Source: Polyangiaceae bacterium
Lineage (GTDB): Bacteria; Myxococcota_A; Polyangia; Polyangiales; Polyangiaceae
Direction of reading: 5' to 3'
Length of the DNA: 64,000 nucleotides
Assembly (NCBI GenBank): GCA_020849655.1
Contig: JADLFU010000133.1
Coordinates: 40,142-104,141 of the forward strand
Shown: in pieces, positions 54,410-64,000 of the stretch
Position numbering within the stretch: position 1 is the stretch's first letter
How the letters are laid out: every line of letters begins with the position of its first letter
The notes under the pieces: model-generated
The model's input: only the letters and a program-made list of their open reading frames with translations
The model's database searches: none
Told to the model about the DNA's origin: nothing
Program-made: the position numbers and the translations under genes

Positions 54410-54847
54410 ATGCCTTCGCTCAAAGAACTCTTCTCCGCCAGCCGCGGCCCCGCCGTCGAAGACTGCGTCGCCCTCATCGATCTCGAGGTGAAGGACAAGA
54501 GCGGCCTCTCCGGCATCGCCATCAAGGCCGGCTACGCGATGGTCAACGGCGTGCGCCCGACCTTCGTGAAGGACGCCGTCGACCGCATGCTCGACCAGTT
54601 CGCCGACAAGCTCGATCCGGTGTTCCAGGAGGCGAAGGCGAAGGGCGTCCCCGTCGCCGCGCACTTCGAGGCGAACAAATCCAAGGTGGCCGACGCGCTG
54701 CTCGAGATCACCGACGACCGCGCCGCGAAGCCCGGCCAGTCGGCGGCCGTGGTGAAGACGTACGGCAAGCTGCGCCCGACCGCGAAGCAGAACGTCGAGG
54801 CCGCGGCGGCCCGGCTCGGCAAGCTCGTCGAGAAGTACGACCGATGA
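54410..54847 (+). CDS. conserved hypothetical protein (145 aa)
   Basis: ATG 54410 (MPSLKELFSASRG...). Its stop overlaps the rph start (ATGA). No recognised family. Confidence 0.75.
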   Translation: MPSLKELFSASRGPAVEDCVALIDLEVKDKSGLSGIAIKAGYAMVNGVRPTFVKDAVDRMLDQFADKLDPVFQEAKAKGVPVAAHFEANKSKVADALLEITDDRAAKPGQSAAVVKTYGKLRPTAKQNVEAAAARLGKLVEKYDR

Positions 54848-55605
54848 GCCGCCGCGACGGCCGCGCGAACGACGAGCCCCGCGGGCTCGAGCTGTCGCCG
54901 GGGTTCCACCGCCTCGCCGAGGGCTCGTGCCTCGCGCGCGCGGGCGGCACCGTCGTCCTCTGCACGGCGTCGATCGACGAGAGCGTGCCGAAGTTCCTCG
55001 AGGGCAAGGGCGTCGGCTGGCTGACGGCCGAGTACCAGATGCACCCGCGCGCGAACCCGCAGCGCCGCGAGGCGCGCGACGGCCGCGGCAAGGCGCCGAG
55101 CGGGCGCACGCAGGAGATCCAGCGCCTCATCGGGCGGGCGCTGCGGGCCGCGTTCGATCTCGACGCGCTCGGGGCGCGCACGCTCGCCGTCGACTGCGAC
55201 GTGCTCGAGGCCGACGGCGGCACGCGCACCACGTCGGTGACCGGCGGGTTCGTGGCGGCGGCGCTCGCGGTCGCGAAGCTCACGCGCGACGGGCGCCTCG
55301 ATCGTCCGGTGATCCGAGATCAGGTGGCGGCCATCAGCGTCGGCCACGTGCGCGGCGAGCTGATGCTCGATCTCGCGTACGACGAGGACAGCGGCGCGCG
55401 CGTCGACTTGAACCTCGTCGCGACCCGCCTGGGCTCCATCGTCGAGGTGCAGGGCACGGCCGAGGGCGTGGCGGTGCCGCGCGCCGACGTCGACCGCATG
55501 ATCGATCTCGGCCTCCAGGGCGTCTCGCTGCTCGCGGCGCGGCAGGCCGAGGCGCTCGCCGGCGCGGGCGTCGCGCTCGACGCGCTCGTGGTGCCGCGAG
55601 CATGA
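54844..55605 (+). CDS. rph: ribonuclease PH
   Basis: RRDGRANDEPRGLELSPGF..AEGSCL...TAEYQMHPRA...GRTQEIQRLIGRALRA...DCDVLEADGGTRTTSVTGG. Confidence 0.95.
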   Translation: MSRRDGRANDEPRGLELSPGFHRLAEGSCLARAGGTVVLCTASIDESVPKFLEGKGVGWLTAEYQMHPRANPQRREARDGRGKAPSGRTQEIQRLIGRALRAAFDLDALGARTLAVDCDVLEADGGTRTTSVTGGFVAAALAVAKLTRDGRLDRPVIRDQVAAISVGHVRGELMLDLAYDEDSGARVDLNLVATRLGSIVEVQGTAEGVAVPRADVDRMIDLGLQGVSLLAARQAEALAGAGVALDALVVPRA

Positions 55606-56282
55606 GCTCGAAGATCACGCTCGTCGTCGCGACGGCGAACAAGGGAAAGCTCCGGGAATTCTCGTCGATCTTCGCCGAGCTGCCCGTGCAGATCGTGCCC
55701 GTCGCCGAGATCGTCCCGAGCGCGCCCTCGGTCGTGGAGGACGGCGTGACGTTCGAGCAGAACGCGAAGAAGAAGGGCGCCTTCGCCGCGGGCCTGACGA
55801 TGATGCTCACGCTCGCCGACGACTCGGGCCTCGAGGTCGACGCGCTCGGTGGGCGCCCCGGCGTGCGCTCGGCGCGCTTCGCCGGAGAGCACGCGACCGA
55901 CGCGGAGAACAACGCCGCCTTGCTCGACGCGCTCACCGAGGTCGACGAGGACGCGAGGACGGCGCGCTTCCGCTGCGTCCTGTCGCTGCACGATCCGTGG
56001 GCGCCTGCCGACCAGCCGCCCATCCTCGCCGAGGGCGCGTGCGAGGGGCGCATCGCGCGGGAGGGGCGGGGCACCGGGGGGTTCGGCTACGATCCGTTGT
56101 TCCTGGTGACGGAGAAGGGCGGGCGCGCGATGGCCGAGCTCTCCGACGCCGAGAAGAACGAGGTCTCGCACCGCGGCCGCGCGGCCCGCGCGCTCCTGCC
56201 GCACCTGTCGCGCGTCGTCACGCAGCGCCTCCTCGACGTCGAGCGGATCTCGCGTCGCCGGCCGTCCTTGCTCGACAAGTGA
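55602..56282 (+). CDS. rdgB: non-canonical purine NTP pyrophosphatase (RdgB/HAM1)
   Basis: ATG overlaps the rph TGA (ATGA). ITLVVATANKGKLREF...LADDSGLEVDALGGRPGVRSARFAG...GTGGFGYDPLF...KNEVSHRGRA. Confidence 0.93.
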   Translation: MSSKITLVVATANKGKLREFSSIFAELPVQIVPVAEIVPSAPSVVEDGVTFEQNAKKKGAFAAGLTMMLTLADDSGLEVDALGGRPGVRSARFAGEHATDAENNAALLDALTEVDEDARTARFRCVLSLHDPWAPADQPPILAEGACEGRIAREGRGTGGFGYDPLFLVTEKGGRAMAELSDAEKNEVSHRGRAARALLPHLSRVVTQRLLDVERISRRRPSLLDK

Positions 56283-56300
56283 CGGGCCGCTCGGCGCCCT

Positions 56301-57104
<804 letters not shown>

Positions 57105-57114
57105 CGCCCGCGCC

Positions 57115-57408
57115 TCACCGGCCGAGCGCGGCGTCGATCTTCTCGCGCAGCTTGCCCTCGAGGAGCCGGCGCATCGGCGAGAGCGCGAGCGGCAGGCGCA
57201 CCTCGACCTCGACCTCCTCGCGCGCCACGCGCACCCGGCCCGTCGCGCCGCGCGCGGGCCCAGGGGGCGCCGTCAGCGTCATCTCGTCACCTTGCCACGC
57301 CCAGCTGACGCGCAGCCGCTGCTCGATCCGGCGCGCCAGGCCCTCGGCGCGCGCGCGCACCTCGTCGCGCGCGAGGCCGTGCTTCTGGCGGATCAGGATG
57401 GCTGACAT
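57115..57408 (-). CDS. small protein resembling the polyhydroxyalkanoate-system PHA_gran_rgn family
   Basis: ATG 57408 (MSAILIRQKHGLARDEVRARAEGLARRIEQRLRVSWAWQGDEMTLTAPPG...GRVRV..EEVEVEVRLPL...KLREKIDAALG). Family name from memory. Confidence 0.6.
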   Translation of the reverse strand: MSAILIRQKHGLARDEVRARAEGLARRIEQRLRVSWAWQGDEMTLTAPPGPARGATGRVRVAREEVEVEVRLPLALSPMRRLLEGKLREKIDAALGR

Positions 57409-57657
57409 CTCCTCGCCCTTGGTAGCGCCCCTCGCCGCGCGTGGCCAAGCGATCGGGGGCGGCCCTCGCGATCTCCTCCGAGTCTGCACAATCGCGCGTG
57501 GGGTGGTCGGCCGACGCGCGCCCTCGCCTCGGTGAACGCCGGCTCTCCGACTCCGACGCTCGGCGGCTCTCGAGGAGCAAGGCGGCGCCTCGACCCCCGA
57601 CCTCGATGGCGCGCGTGCGGGATCCTCTGAGCCCATGCGCCGGGAGAGAGTCTGCAC

Positions 57658-57933
57658 ATGATCACGCCGCTGGGCGACGCTGCTCAGAGCGTCACGAGAG
57701 GCGACTCCGGTGAGCCCGTGTGCCTGAATTTTCCTGACGGATCGCGCCAGGTGGGAGTGGCATCGCCCGCCACCTGTGCGGACGCGTCCTTCCTCCCCAC
57801 GCACCGGGGCCCGACGGCTCTGTGGATCGAGGAGACGTGCGACACCCAGTCGCGCTCTGGCGACGCGCGCAAGGGGCGCGTCGTACAGCGAAGCAGGGGT
57901 TGCCACGGACATCGCCACCCACCGCCTGCGTGA
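57658..57933 (+). pseudogene. possible relic of the C-terminal third of a chymotrypsin-fold (S1) serine protease
   Basis: The frame reads ...SVTRGDSGEPVCLNFPDGSRQVGVASPATCADASF..PTALWIEETC, to be compared with the S1 pattern GDSGGP...G..GV.S.G..C....P.V...V...WI. Weak GC3 bias. No upstream His/Asp part found. Confidence 0.25.
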
Positions 57934-57965
57934 AGCTGCGAGGCGCCCAGTCCGGCGGCGCCGCG

Positions 57966-59018
57966 TCACCTCCGCCCTCGCCCCTTCACGGTCGCCCGCG
58001 GGATGCGCGAGCGCGGCTCGATCGACAGCGACAGCTCGTCGCGCTCGCCCGCGACCAGCCGCGCTGCGCCCGCGTACGCGATCATCGCGGCGTTGTCGGT
58101 GCAGCTCGCCGGCGGCGGGACGAACAGCTCGAGCCCGAGCGAGGCGCAGCGCTCGGCCGCGTGCGCGCGCAGGCCGCGGTTCGACGCCACCCCGCCCGCG
58201 AGGACGACGTCGCGGACGCCCAGCCCGCGCGCCGCGCGCGTCGTCTTGTCGACCAGCACGCCGACCACCGCCCGCTGGAAGCTCGCGCAGAGATCCGCGA
58301 GTGCCTGGCCCGACGGCGCGCCCTCGCGCTCGACGAGCCGCGCGATCCACGTCTTGACCCCCGAGAAGCTGAGCTCGAGCGAGGCGTCTCGCTGCATCGG
58401 CGTCGGCACCGCGAACCGCGACGCGTCTCCGCCGCTCGCCAGCCGGTCGATGACGGGGCCGCCCGGGTAGCCGAGGCCGAGGGCCTTCGCGACCTTGTCG
58501 AACGCCTCGCCCGCGGCGTCGTCGCGCGTGCCGCCGAGCTCCTCGACGTCGCGCTCGAGCGGCCCCGCCACGCGGTAGATCGCGGTGTGCCCGCCCGACG
58601 CGACCAGCGCGACGAACGGGAACCCCGGCCGCCGCGGCGCCTCGCCGCCTCGCGCGAGGAACACCGCGAGCAAGTGCCCGACCAGGTGATCGACGCCCAC
58701 GAGAGGTTTGTTGGTAGCGAGCGCGAGCGCCTTCGCGAACTGCGCGCCGACGAGCAGCGCCCCCGCGAGCCCCGGCCGCACGGTGACCGCGAGGCCGTCG
58801 AGGTCCGCGAGCTCGAGCCCCGCCGCGCGGCAGGCCTCCCGGGTCACCGGCACGACGGCGCGCAGGTGGTCGCGCGCGGCGAGCTCCGGGACGACGCCGC
58901 CCCACGCGGCGTGCAGCGCGATCTGCGAGCGCACGACGTCCGAGAGCACGCGCCCGTCTGCGTCGACGATCGCGGCGGCCGTCTCGTCGCAGGAGCTCTC
59001 GAGGCCGAGCACCCGCAC
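57966..59018 (-). CDS. tsaD: tRNA N6-adenosine threonylcarbamoyltransferase TsaD
   Basis: GTG start. MRVLGLESSCDETAAAIVD...VVPELAARDH...VASGGHT...GGVASN. Confidence 0.95.
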   Translation of the reverse strand: MRVLGLESSCDETAAAIVDADGRVLSDVVRSQIALHAAWGGVVPELAARDHLRAVVPVTREACRAAGLELADLDGLAVTVRPGLAGALLVGAQFAKALALATNKPLVGVDHLVGHLLAVFLARGGEAPRRPGFPFVALVASGGHTAIYRVAGPLERDVEELGGTRDDAAGEAFDKVAKALGLGYPGGPVIDRLASGGDASRFAVPTPMQRDASLELSFSGVKTWIARLVEREGAPSGQALADLCASFQRAVVGVLVDKTTRAARGLGVRDVVLAGGVASNRGLRAHAAERCASLGLELFVPPPASCTDNAAMIAYAGAARLVAGERDELSLSIEPRSRIPRATVKGRGRR

Positions 59019-59025
59019 GGCGGCG

Positions 59026-60081
59026 CTACTCCTCGGCCTTCGGGGCGCGGGCCTTGCGGCGGGTGCCGCGGGGGCCTCGCTCCGCTTGCCCGTGCTTCAC
59101 GAGGTCGTACAGCGCGATCATCAGCTCCGAGACGCCCTCGCCCGTCGCCGCGGAGACGAGGCGCAGCGTGACGCCCGCGCGCTTGAAGCGCGCGCGGAGC
59201 TTCGGGTACGCCTCGCGCACCTCGGGCACGTCGGCCTTCGACAGCGCGACCACCTCGGGGCGCTCGCACAGCGCGGGCTCGAACCTCGCGAGCTCCGCGC
59301 GGAGGGCGCGGTAGTCCGCGAGCGGCTCGCGCCCCTCGGCGTGATCGAGCGTGACGAGGTGCAGGAGCGCGCGCGTCCGCTCGACGTGCTTCAAGAACTG
59401 CACACCGAGGCCCGCGCCGTCGCTCGCGCCCGGGATGAGCCCCGGGATGTCGGCGAGCACGAAGCTCGCGCCCTCGCCGATCGACACGACGCCGAGGTGC
59501 GGCTCGAGCGTGGTGAACGGGTAGTCGGCGATCTTCGGCCGCGCGCGCGACACGCGCGACACCATCGTGCTCTTGCCCGCGTTCGGGAACCCGAGCAGCC
59601 CCGCGTCCGCGAGGACCTTCAGCTCGAGCCGGAGCTCCTTCTGCTCGCCGGGGTTGCCAGGCTCGGCGCGGCGCGGCGCGCGGTCGAAGGGCGTCGAGAA
59701 ATGGATGTTGCCGCGCCCGCCCTTGCCGCCCGCCGCGACGACCGCGCGCGCGCCGTGCGCGACGAGGTCGGCGACGAGCGCGTCGCCCTCGAAGACCTGC
59801 GTGCCGACCGGGACGCGCACCTCGAGATCGGCGCCCATCCGGCCGTAGCAGTCGCTGCCCTGGCCGTGCTCGCCGCGCTCGGCGCGCAGCGTGGCCGAGT
59901 ACTTCACGTCGAGCAGCGTCGAGAGCCCCTCGTCGCCGACGAGCACGACGTCGCCGCCCTTGCCGCCGTCGCCGCCCGAGGGGCCGCCGAACGGGACGAA
60001 CTTCTCACGACGAAACGCGACCGCGCCGTTGCCGCCGTCACCGGCGATCACCTTGACCTTGCACGAGTCGACGAACCGCAT
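59026..60081 (-). CDS. obgE: GTPase Obg/CgtA
   Basis: ATG 60081. MRFVDSCKVKVIAGDGGNGAVAFRREKFVPFGGPSGGDGGKGGDVV..., G1 GFPNAGKST, ADIPGLI. Stop is 7 nt before the tsaD start. Confidence 0.95.
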   Translation of the reverse strand: MRFVDSCKVKVIAGDGGNGAVAFRREKFVPFGGPSGGDGGKGGDVVLVGDEGLSTLLDVKYSATLRAERGEHGQGSDCYGRMGADLEVRVPVGTQVFEGDALVADLVAHGARAVVAAGGKGGRGNIHFSTPFDRAPRRAEPGNPGEQKELRLELKVLADAGLLGFPNAGKSTMVSRVSRARPKIADYPFTTLEPHLGVVSIGEGASFVLADIPGLIPGASDGAGLGVQFLKHVERTRALLHLVTLDHAEGREPLADYRALRAELARFEPALCERPEVVALSKADVPEVREAYPKLRARFKRAGVTLRLVSAATGEGVSELMIALYDLVKHGQAERGPRGTRRKARAPKAEE

Positions 60082-60158
60082 CGCGAGACGCGCGTTAGGC
60101 CAGGACGCCGTCACGCGCCAGAACAAACCCGAGGCGCCCCTCGTGGTAGCGTCCGCGG

Positions 60159-61301
60159 GTGTCGCCGCCCGAGAACGCCCTCGTCGCCGCGGCGCTCGCG
60201 CTGCCGCTGCTCGCCGGGTGCGGCGGCGCGCAGCCGACCGCGCGCCCGGAGCAGGTCGCCGAGCGCCAGCAGCCGCCGCTCGTGGTCGCTTCGGCGGCGG
60301 CCGCGAGCGCCCCTCCCGCGGTGAGCGCCGCGCCGCCCGCGCCCCGCGTGACCACGATGAGCCTCGCGCGCGGGGACGGCGCGCCCGCCGACGCCGCGCT
60401 CGCGCGAGGGGATCGCGCGCTCGACGACGACGATCTCGCGGTCGCCGAACGATCGTTCGGTGAGGCCGCGCGCCTCGCGCCCGGTGATCCCGCGCCCCGG
60501 GTCGGCCTCGCGCGCGTCGCGGTCGCGCGCGCGGGCGTGCCGTACGCGCTCGCGTCCGCGCCGAAGCACGAGGGCCTCACGCGCGTCGCCGCCGAGCTCC
60601 TCGCGCTCTCGAAGGCGCACCCGACGTACGGCCCCGCGGCGGTCGAGCTCGGGCGCGTGCGCATCCTGCTCGGCGAGCCGGAGCCGGCGCTCGCGGCGCT
60701 CCGGCGCGGCGCGGAGCTGCTGCCGGCGGTCGCCGAGGCCCAGTCGCTGCTCGGGCTCGCCGAGGCGGCGACCGGCGCGCTCGACGACGCAGTCCGCGCG
60801 CTCGCGGCGGCGGCGAGGCTCGATCCGCGTGATCCGGCGCGCCACACGAACCTCGGCGCCGTGCTGATGACCCGCGGCGACGGGCGGGCGGCGCTCGCCG
60901 CGTACGACGCCGCGCTCGCCCTCGCGCCCGACAGCGCGCGCGCCCTCTCCGGCAAGGCGACCGTGCTGCTCGCAGGCGGCGACGCGAAGGCCGCGGCGCC
61001 GCTGCTCGAGCGCGCGCTCGTGGCGGAGCCGAAGCGCGCCGCGCACTGGACGAACCTCAGCTACGCGCGGCTCGCCCTCGGCGACGCGGACGGCGCGGTG
61101 AAGGCCGCCGAGCAGGCGATCTCGCTCGACAGATCGTTCGTCAGCGCGCACCTCAACCTCGGGCTCGCGCTCGCGAAGAAGAAGCAGTGGGACAGGGCCA
61201 GGCGGGCCTTCGAGGCGGCGCGCGCGCTCGATCCCGACGATCCTCGCGTGAAGGCGAACCTCGAGGAGCTCGAGCAGCTGCGCCGCGCAAAGCCGCGCTG
61301 A
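60159..61301 (+). CDS. TPR repeat lipoprotein
   Basis: GTG start. ALALPLLAGC lipobox. Repeated A..xY..AL.L.P....A motifs. Confidence 0.8.
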   Translation: MSPPENALVAAALALPLLAGCGGAQPTARPEQVAERQQPPLVVASAAAASAPPAVSAAPPAPRVTTMSLARGDGAPADAALARGDRALDDDDLAVAERSFGEAARLAPGDPAPRVGLARVAVARAGVPYALASAPKHEGLTRVAAELLALSKAHPTYGPAAVELGRVRILLGEPEPALAALRRGAELLPAVAEAQSLLGLAEAATGALDDAVRALAAAARLDPRDPARHTNLGAVLMTRGDGRAALAAYDAALALAPDSARALSGKATVLLAGGDAKAAAPLLERALVAEPKRAAHWTNLSYARLALGDADGAVKAAEQAISLDRSFVSAHLNLGLALAKKKQWDRARRAFEAARALDPDDPRVKANLEELEQLRRAKPR

Positions 61302-61362
61302 GCATGGATTTCGGGAGCCCAAACCGCGAGTGTCGGAGGGATCGCGAACCCCATGCTGAGCA

Positions 61363-62595
61363 TCAGCGCGCGCGGGCGGCCAGGGCGGCGAAGTCGGTGG
61401 CGACGAGCGGGCTCGGCCCGCGGTGCGCGAGCAGCCCGCGCGCGACCTTGTACGCGACCCGCAGCGCCTTGCCGCGGTCGACGCGCAGCCCCCCGAAGTA
61501 CTGGATCCCGATCTCGAGCCCCTCCGGGGTGCTGGCGAAGTTGTCCTCGAACCACGCGCGCGCGGGGCCGAAGAAGCGGCGGCACAGCTCGTCGCGCGTC
61601 TCGAGATCCCAGCCGACGAGCGTCGCGGCGAGCGCGGAGGGCCAGTCGCCGAAGCCGAGATCGCCGGTGCGCAGCCGCTCGATGAGGTACGGCGCGAGCG
61701 CCTCGCCGTACAGGAGGGCCTGCGCGATGCCCTCGCCGGTGATCGGATCGACGCCCGCGGCCTCGCCTACCAGCACGACGCGCGGGCGCGCGCACGGCTC
61801 GTGCGGCGAGAACCCGCGCTCGGCGTAGCGCTTCTTCTTGCACGCCGACAGGTCGAGCCCGGCGCGCGCGAGGCGTCGCGCGAGGCGCGCGGTCACGTCG
61901 ACCTCGCCGGCGTCGTGCCCGGGCAGGACGAGGTGGTAGACGCCGCGGCAGACGAGCGGCTCGCCGTCGACGAGCGTCGGAAAGTCCCACTCGTACCCGA
62001 CGAGGTCGTGATCGGTGACGTCGAAGTGCATCAGATCGCGCGGGGTGTCGCCGGGCGCGGGCGGCGTGTCGACCTCGAGCACCTGCGCGCGCCACTCGCC
62101 GTGCGGCAGCCCGAGGGCGCGACGCACGACGCTCCCGACGCCGTCCGCGCCGACGACCACGCGCGACCGCAAGGCGCCGCGATCGGTCGTGACGGTGACC
62201 CCGTCGGCGTCGGGCGCGACGTCGAGCACCTTCACCCCCTCCTCGACGCGGACGCCGCGCGCGCGGGCCGCCCGGGCGAGCGCGTGGTCGAACTCGACGC
62301 GCCGCACGACGCGGCCGATGTGCCGATCGCGCGCGACGAGCGTCGCCTTCGGCAGCGCGAGCGAGATGCCGGCGCACGGCACGTGCGGCACGTCGATCGA
62401 CACGCCGATCCGCGCGAGGGCCATCTCCGCGCGCCCCCCGACGCCGCCCGCGCAGTACTTCTCGCGCGGGTAGCGCGCGCGCTCCAGCACGACCAGCCGC
62501 TCGCGCAGCCACGGCGCGCGATGGAGCAGGAAGAGGGCCGCCGACAGCCCGGCAGGCCCTCCTCCGACGATGACGACGTCGTGCGCCGCCTTCAC
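61363..62595 (-). CDS. FAD-dependent oxidoreductase (geranylgeranyl-reductase-like)
   Basis: GTG start. DVVIVGGGPAGLSAALFL dinucleotide-binding motif; ...LVGEAAGVDPITGEGI. Confidence 0.88.
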   Translation of the reverse strand: MKAAHDVVIVGGGPAGLSAALFLLHRAPWLRERLVVLERARYPREKYCAGGVGGRAEMALARIGVSIDVPHVPCAGISLALPKATLVARDRHIGRVVRRVEFDHALARAARARGVRVEEGVKVLDVAPDADGVTVTTDRGALRSRVVVGADGVGSVVRRALGLPHGEWRAQVLEVDTPPAPGDTPRDLMHFDVTDHDLVGYEWDFPTLVDGEPLVCRGVYHLVLPGHDAGEVDVTARLARRLARAGLDLSACKKKRYAERGFSPHEPCARPRVVLVGEAAGVDPITGEGIAQALLYGEALAPYLIERLRTGDLGFGDWPSALAATLVGWDLETRDELCRRFFGPARAWFEDNFASTPEGLEIGIQYFGGLRVDRGKALRVAYKVARGLLAHRGPSPLVATDFAALAARAR

Positions 62596-62608
62596 CGCGA
62601 GGCCGCGC

Positions 62609-64000
62609 TCACTTCGCGCCGAAGGCGAGCTGCCGCAGCACGTAGTGCAGGATGCCGCCGTGCTCGACGTACTTCAGCTCCTCGGGCGTATCGACGCGGA
62701 TGTTCGCCTCGAAGGTCGTCACCTTGCCGTCGGGCGCGGTCGCCGTGATCTTCGCCTTCTTGCCGCTCTTCCACGCGGTGCGGATCCCCTCGGCGACGCC
62801 CGAGATCGCGAAGACCTCCTCGCCCGTCAGGCCGAGCGACTGCGCCGTCTGCCCCGGCGGCAGCTCGAGCGGGATGACCCCCATGCCGACGAGGTTCGAC
62901 CGGTGGATGCGCTCGAAGCTCTCGGCGAGCACCGCGCGCACGCCCTGCAGCGCCGGCCCCTTCGCCGCCCAGTCGCGCGAGCTGCCGGAGCCGTACTCCT
63001 TGCCGGCGAGGATGACCGTCGGCACGCCCTCGGCCTTGTAGCGCTCCGCCGCGTCGAAGATCGTCATCGGCGCGCCGTCGGGCAGGTGCCGCGTGACGCC
63101 GCCCTCGGTGCCGGGCGCGAGCAGGTTGCGCAGGCGGATGTTCGCGAACGTGCCGCGCATCATCACCTCGTGGTTGCCGCGCCGCGAGCCGTACGAGTTG
63201 AACTCGTCCTTCGTCACGCCGCGATCACAGAGGTACACGCCGGCCGGGCCCTTCTCCTTGATGTTGCCGGCGGGCGAGATGTGGTCGGTGGTGATGCTGT
63301 CGCCGAGCACCGCGAGGACGCGCGCGCCCGTGATGTCCGCGAGCGGCGCGGGCTCCCTGCCCATGCCCTCGAAGTACGGCGGGTGCTTCACGTAGGTGCT
63401 CGCGTCGTCCCAGCCGTACGTCTCGCCCGCGGGCGCCTCGATCCGCTGCCAGCGCTCGTCGCCCGCGAACACCTCGGCGTACGACTTCGTGAAGAGCTCA
63501 CGCTTGATGACCTCGGCGATCACGGCGTCGACCTCGTCGCGCGTCGGCCAGATGTCCTTCAGGAACACGTCCGCGCCGTCCTTGCCCTTGCCGATCGGCT
63601 CCTTGTCGAGGTCGAGGTTCATCGTGCCGGCGAGCGCGTAGACGACGACGAGCGGCGGGCTCATCAGGTAGTTCGCGCGGACGTCGGCGTGCACGCGGCC
63701 CTCGAAGTTGCGGTTGCCGCTGAGCACGCTGACGGCGACGAGATCGCGCTCGTTGATGGCCGCCGAGATCGCGGGATCGAGCGGGCCGCTGTTGCCGATG
63801 CACGTCGTGCAGCCGAAGCCGACGACGTTGAACCGCAGCGCCTCGAGCGCGCGCATCACGCCGGCGGCCTCGAGGTAGTCCGGCACCGCCTTCGAGCCGG
63901 GGCCAAGGCTGCACTTCACCCACGGCTTCGCGGCGAGGCCCTTCTCGACGGCCTTCTTCGCGACGAGGCCGGCCGCGAGCAGGACGGCCGGGTTCGACGT
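62609..64000 (-). CDS. acnA: aconitate hydratase A, C-terminal ~460 aa (5' end beyond window)
   Basis: The frame stays open to nt 64000 (TSNPAVLLAAGLVAKKAVEKGL...). GCTTCIGNSGPL, SGNRNFEGR, swivel domain ...GSSRDWAAKGP... Confidence 0.93.
   Translation of the reverse strand, partial: TSNPAVLLAAGLVAKKAVEKGLAAKPWVKCSLGPGSKAVPDYLEAAGVMRALEALRFNVVGFGCTTCIGNSGPLDPAISAAINERDLVAVSVLSGNRNFEGRVHADVRANYLMSPPLVVVYALAGTMNLDLDKEPIGKGKDGADVFLKDIWPTRDEVDAVIAEVIKRELFTKSYAEVFAGDERWQRIEAPAGETYGWDDASTYVKHPPYFEGMGREPAPLADITGARVLAVLGDSITTDHISPAGNIKEKGPAGVYLCDRGVTKDEFNSYGSRRGNHEVMMRGTFANIRLRNLLAPGTEGGVTRHLPDGAPMTIFDAAERYKAEGVPTVILAGKEYGSGSSRDWAAKGPALQGVRAVLAESFERIHRSNLVGMGVIPLELPPGQTAQSLGLTGEEVFAISGVAEGIRTAWKSGKKAKITATAPDGKVTTFEANIRVDTPEELKYVEHGGILHYVLRQLAFGAK

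Noticed and set aside
57115-57408. A link between the PHA_gran_rgn-like small protein and the alpha/beta hydrolase at 17637..18704 as a PHA synthesis system.
   Set aside because: The genes are about 40 kb apart. No phaC, phaA or phaB signature is visible in the window. The hydrolase shows only a generic GHSLGG elbow.
57409-57965. Considered RNase P RNA, tmRNA or SRP RNA in the long gap; the minus strand has GGGGAGGAAGGACGCGTCCGCACAGG.
   Set aside because: The invariant RNase P P4 sequence AGGAAAGUCCGGGC is not present. The GGUAAGGGUGAAAGGGUG-type block is absent too. There is no tmRNA tRNA-like end and no SRP GGAAGCAGCC core.
61302-61362. Nested palindromic pieces (GCATGG...CCATGC; TCGCGA...TCGCGA) between convergent genes, considered as a terminator.
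   Set aside because: The stems are short (6 bp) with long loops, and there is no U-tract. I did not consider this strong enough to call a feature.

Overview
This is a very GC-rich chromosomal window; most 60-nt lines I counted are above 70% G+C. Several signatures point to a Myxococcota-type genome: many lipobox lipoproteins, a MYXO-CTERM-like sorting tail, TIGR02266-like PilZ modules, FHA/GAF sigma-54 activators and Gly/Ala-rich spacers. I support about 60 protein-coding genes.

Housekeeping genes: rplM-rpsI, cysE-type acetyltransferase, pilT, nadK, glyQ, uvrD, purB, tyrS, rseP, rph-rdgB, tsaD, obg and a partial acnA. These are interspersed with lineage-specific secreted or lipoprotein genes.

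I found no rRNA, tRNA, CRISPR array, transposase or integrase. Most long ORFs in the six-frame track are Arg/Ala/Gly/Pro-rich shadow frames of the real genes.

Best leads:
1. 52183-53321: a lipobox-tethered protein ending in a 9-Cys core with three Pro-Cys-Cys motifs. Its TGA overlaps the GTG start (GTGA) of a ferritin-like E/ExxH/E/ExxH di-iron protein. It sits beside a lower-GC islet of small Zn-ribbon and HicB-like genes (50736-52182).
2. 29710-31746: a 678-aa SEC-C-motif, coiled-coil protein with a RelE/ParE-like C-terminal domain, starting 4 nt after uvrD.
3. 14882-17602: a tightly coupled Nudix-NAD kinase-ADP-ribosylglycohydrolase cassette. Its last gene runs 209 nt antisense into pilT.
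4. 1739-3202: a PilZ-TM-(KPAPEP)n fusion that resembles a TonB-like rod.
5. Six secreted proteins carry Gly/Ala-rich spacers encoded by tandem DNA repeats.

All family names come from motifs I recognise by eye. No database search was run.
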